Shown here in pieces: positions 23,710 to 37,765 of a stretch of DNA of 64,000 nucleotides (positions are counted from its first letter, which is position 1; each line of letters begins with the position of its first letter). The stretch lies in assembly GCA_050084985.1 (NCBI GenBank), contig JBITNC010000001.1, positions 98,580,001 to 98,644,000 on the forward strand, written 5' to 3'. A model generated the notes under the pieces. It had not been told where the DNA came from. It did no database searches and saw nothing but the letters and a program-made list of their open reading frames with translations. The position numbers and the translations under genes are program-made. The DNA comes from Nageia nagi. Lineage: Eukaryota > Plantae > Pinophyta.

Positions 23710-24578
23710 TATCTTTAGGACATAGGTTGAACAAACCCTAGTTCTATCATTTTGGTGGGTTACTACTCTAACAACATCAGGTAAAGGAAGAAATAATAAC
23801 ACCAATGGATTCATTACTCTCTAAAGAAGAATGCCCCATAAAGGTGATTTAGGTGTGTAAGAATTATCAAGTTCACTAGAAATTTAAACCTAAATTTTGT
23901 AAATAATAATATAGACATAAATAATTTTTTGAAAGATGACACTTATTCAAATACAATGATTGATAAATTAAAAGTATGCACCTGATATGATAAAAGGTAT
24001 ATGCAATCCTGAAGGTATGTTACGAATATATGGAGGATTGGATTGGATCAAAGGTGAGCTTGCATATGATATTTAGTTGGGTATATGAGTGTTCATCACC
24101 TCCTTTATATGTAGCTCTAGATCAAAAGGAAGAACGACATGGATGATGTGAGAGCTCTATGATTTCAACACCTTAAAACTTGCAAAATTAGATCATGCGT
24201 AAAATATAGCATTTAATAAAATCTCAAAGCATAAAAAATCAATGAATAGGTGGCATCAAGATACATTGTAATTTTGATATTTGGAACAACCACTTGTTAG
24301 AGAGATCCAATAGAGATATTAACCCTCACCTCCTCCATAAATAACCTACAAGGACATAGAAAGGAGTGAAAGTTGACTTATAGCAATAATATAATCTTTA
24401 TGATTTTCAAGATACTTAAATATGAACCATGATAAATGATATGGCATTTAGTATAACACATAACATTGCATTGTAATATCAACTTTATATTGACATTTGT
24501 AACATCACTTTTAAACCTTAGATAAGTCTAAAATACATTTCATTAAATAAATAATAAATCATTTTTAGGTGTTTGCAT
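23710..24578 (-). mobile_element. Solo or truncated LTR (Tat-related family)
   Basis: Reverse complement begins TGCAAACACCTAAAAATGATTTATTATTTATTTAA and aligns to 49560-49574 + 54856-55500. Confidence 0.8.
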
Positions 24579-24634
24579 TCATTGTTTTAGGCTAGATTTT
24601 TATTTTATTTTGATTGTTTTACAAATCAAGGGTA

Positions 24635-26830
24635 TGATGTTGTCATTTGTGATGTTGTTTGATATGTTAATATTATGTTTGTGGATTTTTGATGGCTTGT
24701 AATATCCACATATTCATCTTATTTTCCTTGATCATTAGTATACAAGTTTAGTTATTTATTTTATGTATTTAATGATATGTGTACTCCCTTAGGGAGCGTT
24801 GATGAGATAAAATTAGAATAAGACTATTTTTAATTTAATTTTGGGCCTCTGCACCCAATGTGGGGGTATATGGGCCATTAAATGATATTTGTATTCTCCC
24901 CCTAGTCAACTACCCTTATGAGATATTAATTGCAAGTTTGGACATCTATATAAGCAAGGAAAGTTATCACTTGAAGATATCATCTTATGCATTTGATCTT
25001 GGATCATTCGGAGCTTAAGGATGCTTCCCTTATTTACCTTTTAGGGCTTAGGAATACTCTCTAGCCTAAAAATGGCTCATCTACATTTCTACACCTCTTG
25101 GATAGTTTGTGCTATCATTCTTACCATTTAGGAGCTTGCTCTAGCTATTGGGAGACATCTTGTTACTTGCGCCAAGCTTGGAATCCTAATTGGGAATGTG
25201 CTAACCTTATGGAGTTTAGTTTGAGCATTTTAGAGTCTTAAGCTTTTCCCTAGAGTTTGTTATAGGCTTGTTATACCCTACACTTATTCTTGGTTTATTA
25301 TTGATGATATTGGATCTCATATTATGTATTAAATGTGAATGAATCTTCCTATATATTTTTCTTATATTACTATCTTCTTTGTGCATGGGAATATATGTGA
25401 ATTAAGTATTTTTGGAGCTATATTTTTTTATGTAATGGGTCTAATTTGCACCCTAGTTTTGGTCACATTCACTTTGTTGTTATAATTCAGTTGAGCACAT
25501 ATTTTAGATGATTAATAAGCATGTTTATTCATAGCCTAATTTATGAATGAATGTGGAATTAAGTGAGAAATTAGATAAACCTTAGAAAGGTATATTATAG
25601 TGGTATTAGAGATTTGAATGCTACCAGCTTGTGAAGGATTGGAAAGATGGAAATTCCTCAAGAACATTGAATTCTATGGTTGATTTGCTAGCTTAGTTAG
25701 TCGATAAGATTGATGGGCTCTCCCAACCCCATCAAGAAATAATAGGATCAACCACACATATACAAGAGGATGTCACCCACCTATCACCCACATTCTTGTA
25801 AGAGAAAGAAAGAAATAAAAGACAAGGTGATGAGATGAATGATCATTTCATAAAAAAACAAGTAAAAAATGAAAAATTTGGATAAGTGATTTTATTTTAT
25901 GGATATTTTAAGATTTTAGGAAAATGATTGATAGAGGAAGCAAGTACTACAAACAACTTCAAGTACTTATATTCAATGGGAATAACATCTCAATTGAGGG
26001 ATGGCTTTAAAGATGAGAACATACTTTACCCTACATCCAATAAATGAGAAGGATGTCATCCACTTTGCATCACTCCATTTTTAAGATATTATGCATGAAT
26101 GGTGGCATAATGGCCTCACCATGTTGGGCCATGAATATATCACCACTTTTTAAGAATTCAATCAAAGGATTTATGACATATTTAGGAAAAGAAAGGAAGA
26201 GGAACTTCTAAGGGACTTAACCTTCTACAACAAAATTCAACAATAGTTTCCTATGTGGAAGATTTACAATGAATATTAGTGAAAGTATATAATATTTTAG
26301 AAATAAGAAAGATGGCAATCTTCATGGAAGGATTAAAGGAGCCTCTCAAAGGCTTAGTTAGAGATTTTGACCCCATCACTTTGTAAGATAAAGTTAATAA
26401 GGCCCTCTCCCTCAAGTCATGATATACAACACCACCAAAAAAGTTTATTTGCTACCTCATAAAAGAGGAAGAACTACAAGCCAAAGCAACGAAGGAAGTT
26501 TCAAAAAGAAGAACAAGAAACTATGCACAAGTCAAAAATGGGGAAGAATACATACAAAATGGGTTTTCTTAAAAATGCCCCAAGACATGTATGCAAAATG
26601 AAGAACAATACAAGGCATAAATTTATAATGAAAAATGTAAAAAAAATTCATAAAATGGGTTTCCTAAAAAATGCTCTAAGATATGTATGCAAAATGTGGA
26701 ATAATACAAGGCACAAATATGTGATGAAAAAATGCAAAAGAGAACACCAAATGGGCTTTTTTAAAAATGCCCTAAGACATGTATACAAAATGAAAAAGAA
26801 TACAAGGCATTAACATGTAATAAAAAATGT
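24635..26830 (+). mobile_element. Truncated Ty3/gypsy element: LTR, tRNA-Met-type PBS (25601) and decayed gag
   Basis: TATA near 24946; TGGTATTAGAG at 25601; DVIHFASLHF..MHEWWHNGLTMLGHEYITTF.EF retrotransposon gag motif; LTR start approximate. Confidence 0.75.
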
Positions 26831-26840
26831 GGAAGAATAC
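26540..26840 (+). repeat. Three 96-bp tandem repeats at the end of gag
   Basis: aaatggg anchors at 26556, 26652 and 26748; unit reads KMGFLKNAxRHVCKMxNNTRHK... Confidence 0.9.
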
Positions 26841-27239
26841 TTGCTTCCATTGACACCTCTGCTCATGTCACCTCTTCTCTCCTCTTACCCACCCCATTAT
26901 TTGAAATTGCAAACTAATACCTTACCTCTCCTTTCCTCCCCTCTCCTCTACCCCCTTACCATGCTAAACTCAAAATGCCCAAAAATATTTAGGTGCCCAC
27001 CTTTCCCTACATGGGAATTTTTAATTTTTGATGGTTGAGTTGGAGGTGTAGTTTAAATTGCCCCTATGTTGTTTGGAGGTAGGTTAAACATACCCCCTAT
27101 AAATTGCCCATGTCATTCCATTTATTTTTCATCCTTTTTGAGGGGCAATATCAAACCACCTCTTAATGATTTTAAGGGTATGGTTTGAAATTGTCCTATA
27201 AAAATCATCACTAAAATTGAAAATACAAGTAATTTAAAA

Positions 27240-29100
27240 CCATCATTGCATAACCAACTCAAATTGTTGGCCTCTAAAGCATGATTTTGGTCTAGTGTTG
27301 AAATTTCACTACAAATCCTTCTAGTTGTATCACGTACACATTCTATTTTAGATCACCATTCAAGGATGTTATCTTCACATCCATTTGATGAACTTTCCAC
27401 CCATAATGAGCTAACATGGCCAATAAAGAATGAATGGTCCCTCATTTTGTTATAAGATAAAAAGTCTCAACATGATCAATGCCTTCTTTTTATTCAAAAC
27501 CTTTTGCCATAAGCCTCACTTTTTTATTTTTCAAGTGATCTATTTACTTTGTACTTATTATTATAGACCCACATGCAACCTATTGGTTTGGTTCCATATG
27601 GAGGATGTACCAAATTCCATATCCCATTCTTGATGAGAGCATCATATTCTTTCTTCATGGTTTCTTTACACACATTATGAGAAATAACTTATTTAATGGA
27701 ATTTGGATCTTAGTTGGTAGAGAAATGTGGCTCATAATGAAAGGAACATTCTATATTATCAACATCATTTTCATCATCTGAAATTGAATCTTCTATGGCT
27801 CCATTTTCTTATCTAGATTAATAGGAACTTCTAGTTCCCATTTTTCCCACTTCATTAGGATGAACACTTTCAAATATTTTGGAGATACATTTTGGAATAC
27901 TTTGAGATAATTTAGGTTTCTCAACTAGCTAAGGAGGTGCAACATTTCCATCAAGACTCAATCTACCAATCCTTGAAATCATATCATCCAATTGACCTTT
28001 TATTTATGAATTTGATGAAATGGAAGAATCTAGAGGAGGAGGGGGTACTTAAGGTGATTGCTCTTTAGGAACAAGTGATGTAGATTTTAAATTTTGATCC
28101 AATATTGGGATCACCCATTCAAATTTTAGAATCTCACAATATGCTTTGAAAAGATGATTTCCATAGCTAAACTTATCTAGGTGATCATTTATGTATAGAC
28201 AACAATTGAATCAAATCCAAGTTACCACTCAATAGTCATGTCACTCTTCAAACATTCAAGAAATATCACATCCCTTACAAAGGGGAATTTTTTTATTTAC
28301 CTTTTCATAAAGCTTGTATCCATTGGTAGTATCTGAGTACCACAAGAAAATGCATTTATGACTCATGATACTAAGTTTGCTTCTTTATTCATTAGAAATT
28401 ATGACATAACAAGTGGAATCAAAAACCTTGAGATGTCTAACTGAAGAAAGATAACCAAATTGCATTTCATAAGGACTCTTATAATTATCAAGATCATGAG
28501 ATGGACATTTATTTTCACATATACTATACTATGAACTACATCATCCCAAAACATAAATTTCATATTCTTGGAAAGTAACATTGAATAAAGTGTATTCCAA
28601 AGTGCTTTGTTCATCCTTTCTATATTTTTATGTGGGTTGTAAGGAAAAATAGTTTTATGTTTGTTCTATGTTGGAAACGATAGGCTTTGAATTCATTTAA
28701 TGTATACTCCCCCCATTACCAAAATAAAGTGTTTCACTATGAGTATTTTCTTCTTTTTATATGCTAACATCAAATTCTTTAATTTTTTAAATGCATAAGA
28801 TTTATTCTTCAATAAGTACACCTGACACATCCTACTGTAATCATAAATAAAAATCATGATATATATTTTTCCAACAACAAATGGTACAAGTAAGGGCACA
28901 CATAAATTAGAGTATATGAGTTCAATTTTTTTACATGCTCTCCATTTTGAATCAATGAAAGGTTGTTTAGTGGTGCTTTCCTAAGATACATGCTTAACAA
29001 TATTCTATATTCTTAAGAATTGTAGGCATATCAATAATACATGCTTTTGCATTAAACAAAGATCATCATAATTAAGATGCATAAATCTAGCATGCCAAAA
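27240..29100 (-). mobile_element. Decayed Ty1/copia pol relic (GAG-pre-integrase, integrase, start of RT)
   Basis: YIMIFIYDYSRMCQVYLLKNKS; MNKAL...SMLL...FWDD; WHARFMHLN; RT start near 27650-27240. Confidence 0.85.
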
Positions 29101-31759
29101 AAGATTAGATGGAGGTGTAACTTTTTATTAATGGGTCATGTGGTAATTTGATCCATGTTTTTAGGGTTATACACTATGGAAGGGTCCATAGGTGGTATGA
29201 GAAGATGGAGGTGCCAAGAAGGCATGTCTATAGAGCATTAGGTGATTATATGTTGAGTTATATACAAGGTTATATCAAAGAATGGTGGTGGGACTTTTCA
29301 TTCAAGATAACACATCAAGATTTCAAAGGCACGCAGGTTGATAATAAGGGGTCCTCCACTCAACCAAGGATAAGGTAGAGTGGAAGACATGTAAGGTGGG
29401 TGTATCCAAGTAGGAAAGACATGGGAAAAGTTGGGTAAGAGGGTATTTCTTAAGCTAAAATGGTATAATGAGGTAGTCCATGTTAGTGGTGCATCTGATA
29501 AGGAAAACTAATGGCTACACAAATAAAACACAAGACAAAGAATAAGTTGTAGGGTTTTCCAAATCAAACAAAAGGTTTCCAATTTCAATGAATAATAAGA
29601 GGTTTTATGTTTAGAAGAAATGCCAAAATATTAAATAAAATGTGGTGAAAAAAAAACCCACATATAGTCCATGATAGTACCTAGGAAAATCATGAATCCA
29701 TCTTTTAAACTCTCGTATAGATTGAATATTCAAATACAAATTTTTTGCATGAACGGGAACTAAAACTTATGACCCAATATAATGATCATCGAAGGGATAA
29801 TATGAATCAAATTTATTAAGAAAAATGTTATGGAAAAAGTTTGGCAAAGTTTTGCTTTATTTGTCATAGAGTTTTAGGGTAAACTAGGAAGATCTTTACA
29901 TGTAAAGTATTCATACTACATTCAGGTTGAAGATTTCAACAAGATCTATTATGAAAAATTGTATGCAAAACACTCAACAAGTATTTGGATCTTCATAATT
30001 TGTTACCATAGTACGAAGTTAGAATAAATCCAAGGCAAAAATCATTGCATTAGATTTGAGATAAGAGTAAATACATCACAAAGTGACTTTGCACATTCAC
30101 CTCCATGGGTGACCTTTGGATTACACATGGACTCATCATATGCCCTTCCTTATTACTCCTAAAGCTAAATTTAGTAAATATAGTAATTCCTACTACTATA
30201 CTATAAATACCATAGTCCTTAAGGATTAGGTATATGACAATAAAATCATAACATAACAACATTTTGACCTAGCTAACCAAAACTAGTAGAAATTACATAT
30301 TCCCAAATTTAGTCACATATACCATGACATGAGATATTTTAGATTCGTAAGTATAATTTTTATTAAGAAATTATTGCTTATTGATTTCTATTTAGGTCAT
30401 ATAATTTTTAAACTTAATAGGTGCCTTCAATTTCAAACAAACAAACCTCTCTACCTTGAGACCAAAAGAAATTGATTTATATTTCTCAACATGTTCATAT
30501 TTAAAGCATACAAAGCCAACAAGTATTGCATCATTCATGGAAGCCATAATATTAAATATTTTGATAATGTTAACACACATAAATAATTATGAAAAAATAA
30601 TATAATATTGACATCAAGTCATGTCAAAATTATGCAATTATAGAGCTAATAGATAAATTTACTAATTTAACTTGGCTAAGTGCTTAAACATAACATTATC
30701 ATTTGTCTTCATGTAAATAAATAAGCTATAAAATTTATAAGTCTTAATAAAAAGTAAATAATTTGCTTATATAGTTGCAACACCACTTCAACAACACCCA
30801 CTCCATCAAGAAGCATTTTGTCAAAGTGCCATACACTTGCTCAAAAAAAAAGTTTAGCATTCACATCCTAAAATAATAATACAATTTTCATTATATATCT
30901 TATCATACGAGGCTATCAAATAAGAATATTTGATGCATTTTACTGTATACTAGAAAGCATGATTATTATTTGTAAGTAGATATGTATCATAGGACTTTAG
31001 AAAAGATAAATTAATTATAGCAACTTAATCATCAAGGTTGTAATTCTTCAATAACATAGATGATAGGCTAAATAATAAGTATGGAATTGGACACAAAGTG
31101 ATATGAAAGATTGAGTTCTTACCATGTCCTTTACTAATTCTTGTTAATTGAGCCATATATTTAAAGACCTCTTTGATGTTCTCCACCTTAAGGAATAACA
31201 AAAATAAATATCATTATTTATTGATAAAAAAATAATTGACAAAATTGAATTTTACATTAAAAAATATTAAGCATGTATATTAGTTTACCTGCTTGGAATG
31301 GAAAATAATCTCTACGAAATCCATCATTTGTGAATCATTACATTATTGAGCAACCTATTAACAAAAACCATTAAGTCACTACACTAAAATTAAGCTTCAA
31401 AGGCAGTTCTAAACCACCCTAACAGACCTTTAATGATAGTTTTTTGTGTGTCATGTGGGAGGGTGTCATAAAAACATCTAAAGAAAATAAAATGATTCAA
31501 AACTACCTCAATACATTGCCTTCTTATATATATAATGATATGTTTGAATTGTTATATGATTATATTATAGTGCAATAAACATTCATCATGTTATATCACT
31601 ATTTAGTATAAAAAGGAGGAAATTGCATGATGGTTTATAACCACCCTCATATAACATAATAGGTCAATTATAAATCACCCTCTTACGATTACAATTTGAA
31701 AAATAATATATTAAACCTTCCTTTAGAAAATGAAATCGACTAGTCATTTATAGTTTTAA

Positions 31760-32100
31760 ACCAAATTCAATATCCTTTGCAAGTATTCTTCCTTTATGTG
31801 CAACTCTTGCAACTTTAAAATTGAGCATGGAAAGATAACTAAATGTGGCTTTATTTTGAATGCAATCGTGATAACAACCCTGATAGAAATATATTCAAAA
31901 TATAGGAGCATTAATAAGGCAATTGTTTCATTTAACAATATGTGTTATATTACAAGGAATGGTTGTAATAAGGAAGCCATCAAAGTATTTGAATAAGACA
32001 ACCATTAAACTATTTGAATAGGTAGAATAGGTGGGTATTAATCCAAATGATTTTACATTTGTTAGTGTATTATGTCAATGTAGCCATGTAGATCTAGTTT
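31760..32100 (+). pseudogene. PLS-class pentatricopeptide repeat (PPR) gene fragment
   Basis: ASILPLCATLATL / HGKITKCGFILNAIVITTLIEIYSKYRSINKAIVSFNNM / NGCNKEAIKVFE / GINPNDFTFVSVLCQCSHVDLV; internal deletions and stops. Confidence 0.85.
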
Positions 32101-32117
32101 AAGTAAATAGGCCTAGA

Positions 32118-35100
32118 TGAATAAATCCCTAATTAACCAAGATCATATGAAATCTCTCTCTAATTCCTTAGCATTAAGAACACAAACTCAAAGTAGCATT
32201 CAAACAAGATGATACCAGTATAAAGTGGTTACTCAAACATGGGAGTACATCCACTAATCAAATATTTTATTCTCAAAGAGTACTCTCTTAAAACAACTCA
32301 CTTTCTTACTTCTTCTACAACTTATATAAGAGCATTAATTAGATGCAAACTTGAGTTAGTGATCTCAAGGAGAAAACTCTCTATTTATAGGCCAAAATCC
32401 TCCCTTAGATAGCCCTTTTACCTAAGGGGCATGCTCGTGAGATGGAGTGTAGGATAAGTTACATGATCTTATTCGCAAATACATAAAAGGTATTAGGGAT
32501 ACTTTTAAGTATTAGTGAATGTAAATTATCATATTCACTAAATACTTAAGGTATCTAAGGATATCCTTAAGTATCAAATGAATTATTGAAGTTAGTTAAC
32601 ACAAACAAAAAGAATTACCATGTTCAAATTAATGGCAATATTGTTCTATAACTCAATGGGAAAGAATGCATTGATAAATGGTAACTCAAAAACTCATGGA
32701 ACACTAATAAACTTGTATTAAATATTAAGAACACAATCCAACAATAATTAGTTGGAATAAGAGATAAATACATTCCATGGGACATAGATAATCATGGTTG
32801 TTCAGTTCATATTCTATCACAAAGCAAAAATGAGGCAAAAAATGAATATATAATAAATTTCTAAATAATAAATGTAATACTTAGTATTAGTTAGCAAGGT
32901 AGTTAACTAAGTCGGTTATGCTAAGGTCTAACTAGGTGGTCGATTTCACAGTTGGTTTGCAAGAACCTGATTCTCATTTTGGACATGAAAGATGAAACAA
33001 TGAGCACCAAAATTGGGAGTTTTGAACAAGTTTAACTTATTGTTATGTCTTGAAACTCTTCATACTCCTCCTTGTTGATAAGAGGGAAAATGTTCAAGTC
33101 TCTTAACAACATAAATTGAGGTTTTCCATTACTTTAGTAAAGATATCCGCCACTTGATCTTGAGTTGGAAAATACCTCAACTTCACTAGCCCCTTCTCTA
33201 TCAAATCCTGAATGAAATGAATCTTCAAATCAAAGTATTTTCTTTTGGAATGATAGGTAGGGTTTTGTGCCAACTTATTGGTACCTTGGTTATCATAAAA
33301 AATAGTAGTTGTACCATTTTTCTCCTCTATAATCTTCTTCAACACCTTTCTCAACCACAAATCTTATGTTGAAGTACTTATCACCACCACATACTCAACC
33401 TCTATGCTTGAGAGAGCTACAATAAAGCTCCATGATACCATACTATATCTAAGAGAGAAATAATTCCCACTTGTTTTCTTTCTATTATCTAACTCGCTAT
33501 CCCAATCCCTATCATTGAAACTTGTGAGTTTGAACTTGGAACTACATGAGTAATGTATTCAAAAATTGACTATCCTCTTCATATATCCAAGTATTCTCTT
33601 CATTGTCTTGATATGGATAATCACTCATATACCTTGTAGCTAATGAAACACTAAATTAAAATTCGATTTTGTATTTATTAGAAACATGAGACTTCGAACA
33701 ATACTTATATATTCTTTCTTATTCATTTTTGGTGCTCCATATTCTTTGTAAAGATGTTCTTCATGGGCTATAGGTATTGCAATGAGTGTGCAATTCTCCA
33801 TTTTAAACTTCTTCAATATATCATGTGCATATTTTAATTAACACACAAAAATCACTTCTTCTGTTTGATGCACCTCCTAGCTAAGAAAGTACCTCATAAA
33901 ACAAAGATCTTTCATTCCAAACTCAACCATCATTTGAGTTTTGAAATCTTCATTCATCTTGCTATTGTTGCCCATGAAAATCAAGTCATATAAATACAAA
34001 CAAATAATCAAAATATCATATCCATCTTTCTTAAAATAAAAAGTAGGATCACTTACGCTTATTTGAAAGTGCACACTTTTGAATTATCCATCTATTCTTG
34101 TGTACAAATCTCTTGGAGCTTGCTTTAGCCCATATAGTGTCTTCTTGAGCTTTTATACTTCATTTTATCTTCCTTGAACCTCACAACCTTAAGGTTGAGC
34201 TACATACACCTCTTCATATATGTACCCATTTAGAAATGGAAGAGCCTATACTTTGAGCAAATTCTCTTATATAACGCCCATAGTATATCTACAAGTGAAG
34301 TGGAGTAGTGGAGTTGATCGAGCGGAGTGGTGATGTGATGATGGCGGTAGATATATTCTAGGTGTATATCATTTTAAATGCATATATGTTGGGTGTATAT
34401 CACTTGAAAGCATAAATTATGTGCATATATCAATTTAATGCATAAGTTTAGGGTATATATAGATTAAAAAACATGCAAAAAAATGGACCCAAAAAATTTC
34501 TAAGTGTTGATGTAAAAGGCCAGGGTGAGATTTGAACACAAGTCACCATTTTTGGGTGGAATGCATTAACCATTATACCATCGAGTCGAAAACAACATAG
34601 AGCGAAAGTTTTAAATTTTGTATATTTCAAATAATATACCATGGGCGTATATCAATTGAATGGATAAATTATAGGTGTATATCTATTTAATGCATATATT
34701 ATGGGTATATCAAGTTCAAAATATGGACGTATATCAGTTCAAAATATGCAAAAATATGGACTCAAAAATTTTTAAGTGTTGATGCAAAAGGCCTAGGTGA
34801 GATTCAAATACGAGTCACCATTTTTTTGGTACAATGCATTAAGCAGTATACCATTGAGTTGAAAATAACATGTAGAAAAAGTTTTAAATTTTGTATATTC
34901 TAAATAGTATACCATGGGCATATATCACAATATAATTTAGCTTATTGTCATAATTTGGCATATATAGACAAGTGATGGGATGGTGGTGAATTGTATAGCA
35001 GGCAATGGTAAAGTGTGTATATACCTTGGTGTATATAAGCAAATTTGGTCGAAGGGTAGGCTCTTCCTTTAAAAAGGCACTTTTTACATCGATGTGTTGA

Positions 35101-36708
35101 ACTGTCCAATTTTTTCTTATAGCCAAAGAGACCACTAATCTTATTATTTCTTGTCTTGTAACAAGTGTAAATGTCTCCTTAGAATCCATACCATACTGTT
35201 ATGTGCATCCTTTTGCCACTAGCATTGATTTGTATCTTTCAATTCTCCCATTACTTTTGTATTTTATTTTATAAATCTACTTATAACCAGAAACTTTTTT
35301 TACCTTTGGGCAACTCACAGAGTTCCCAAGTATCATTCTTTTCAATGGCATCAATGTCCTCTTTCATAGCTTGCATCCAAACAATGTTAGAACTAGCTTC
35401 TTTATAACAAAATGACTAAAAATAATTACACTTTTAAAAATAGAATTGTAATTTAACTAGATTTTGTATTTCTTGTGTTTTGCTCCTAATTCTTCTCATG
35501 GTGTTACCATCTATAATTTGACTTGGTGGGTTATCTTTCAAACATATCTTATCTTTTGTGCCTTGGTTCATCATCCTTACATTGGGTGAGCTTGGTGCAC
35601 TTATACTTGTTGGTGTTGTAGTGCAGATAGAGATTCTTAGAGAGCTTGGAATACTTACACTTGATGGTTGTAATTTATTTTTTTGAGGTATAACATAGTT
35701 GGGTTGCACATTTGATGGTATTTTCTCCTCCAAACTCTTACATATAAAAATGTTTTGTTGTAAGTTTTTATTTTAATACTCTTCCCCTTCATAAAAAATG
35801 GTATCTCTAGAGACAATAGTCTTGTGAGTCTTTGGAATTATAGAATTTATAAGCTTTTGAATGCTCACAATATCCTATAACCACAAGCTTTAGATTTTGC
35901 ATTCAAATTTCTCCTCTTTTCATCATTCACATGGATATATGCAAGGCAACCAAACACTCTCAAGTGTTACAAATTTGGTTTTCTCTCAAACCAAGCTTCA
36001 TAGGGGTGATTTTATCCAAACTTATTATAGGAGACCTATTCAAAATATACACTATTGTTCTTACTTCTTTAACCTAAAATTATTGCTTTACATCATTCTC
36101 CTAGCCATCTCAACCAAGGTCCTATTTTTTCTTTCTGTTATGCTATTTTGTTATGGTGTGTAGGGAGAGGTGAGGTGTCTCCTAATGCCATTATCTTTAT
36201 AATACTGAAATAATTCATTACTACAATACTCTCCTCCTCTTATCACTTTTGAAATGCTTTACATGGTACCCACTCTTCTTCTTAACAAAATTTTAGAACT
36301 CTTTCAAACTATCAAATGCTTCATCCTTGCTCTTAATGAAGTAATACTACAATCATAAATTAAAGTGATAAATTAAGAAGATTTACTAAAATGTGGAGTT
36401 TGTTTAGGTCCATAAATGTTAGCATGGACCAATTAGAGAGGGTGTTTGGCTCTCTATGCTTCTTCCTTTGGAAACTTGCTCCTTGCTTACTTTCCAAGTA
36501 CACATCCCTCACACACTTCTTTATAATCTTCTACCTATGGAAGCCCTCTCACCATTGATGGAATAGTCTTTAAACTCTAAAACTTTAAGTGCCCAAACCT
36601 CATATGCCAAAGTGGGTTTTTATCTTCAATTCCCATGAATACAAAGCTTCCATCCTTCTCAAGAAACTTCACCAGAAAGAGTGTATTTGTTGTAATAATC
36701 TTACATTT
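32118..36708 (-). mobile_element. 5'-truncated decayed Ty1/copia element (3' LTR ~32118-33062, RNase H, RT, integrase)
   Basis: PPT (caaggaggag) at ~33065; IFYDNQG...KYFDLKIHFIQD...QVADIFTK; ICLYLYDLIF; QHIDVKSAFL; integrase motifs to ~36600; LTR left end approximate. Confidence 0.88.
34238..35067. mobile_element. Mutator-type MITE inserted in the copia RT
   Basis: ~35-bp imperfect TIRs starting GGAAGAGCCTA; 9-bp TSD tttagaaat/tttaaaaag duplicating the AFLN codons; two internal ~270-bp repeats. Confidence 0.85.
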
Positions 36709-37765
36709 TAGACCCCTTTTCCTCTCACATATTTGTTAGTGTTTTCTAGTTTGGTGCCTTTGACTAATGATGTTGCTTCGTTCTCATACCTGCAAGAATT
36801 AGAGAAACAAGTTGTTAATGTGAATAGTTAAAAAATATCATAAAGGAAATTATATTAAGTTAAGATATTTATTACTTTTGAAAAACACAAATAATATTAC
36901 ATGATGTTATAATATTTTATTTCTTTGTTGATAATTTATTATCAATAAATACTAAATAATGTATTGTTTTAATAATATATAGTATTTAAGTTACTATTAA
37001 TACTATTAATTGATTATATTCATGTTATAAGAAAAGGCATCTACAATTTATTATTAAGTTTTTAATATTTAAAAATAGAAAATGAGTATTTTTAAAATAA
37101 ATACTTGTAACTATTTATTTTGGTAAACAAATACAAACAGTTGCTCTCGTAGATTTTTGAAATGAACAAACTAGTTCACTTCTCCTTGCTCTCATCCTTT
37201 AATACAACTCTTTGGATTGAAATGGGGATGTTTTTTTAGGGAATATTGGGTGGTTGGTTGCTAGTTTCTTTGTTGGTGGATTCTAGAGGAGAAGGAAAAA
37301 AGTGGAAGAATTTGAAAGGAGGGTTTCACAAACTAACCAAGTTCTCTTCTTTAAATAGTACAATTAGATGTGATCAATTGTATAAAATTTTAAGCAAAAT
37401 CCTCTATAATTGAACTAGTGAATTTCTTTTTGAAGTTGAGAAGGATTTGTATGTTCATATTTGAAAATAAACCTTCTTTATTTTTGCAATCAAAAATGAA
37501 TTTCTGCACAACATACAAAATAAGAACCCTTTTGTACTAATACAAAACAAAGGTATGGAAACACCTAGAAACTTTCCTCTTTCAGATGTGAAAGTGATTC
37601 ATTTATTTAAAAGATCTAGCTCTTTGAAAGTTTTAGAGGATTTTCAAAATTAAATTGCAAATATGTAATATGATAGGTAAAATTATAAATATTTATTTAT
37701 TATATTAACCTAACAATTAATTTATTTGATGATAAATAATTATATGAATTCAAATTTAAAATTTG
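36709..37765 (+). repeat. Dispersed AT-rich repeat, copy A left part (continues ~43620-45100 after the LINE)
   Basis: Colinear with 56037-56830 starting tagaccccttttcctct. Confidence 0.9.
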
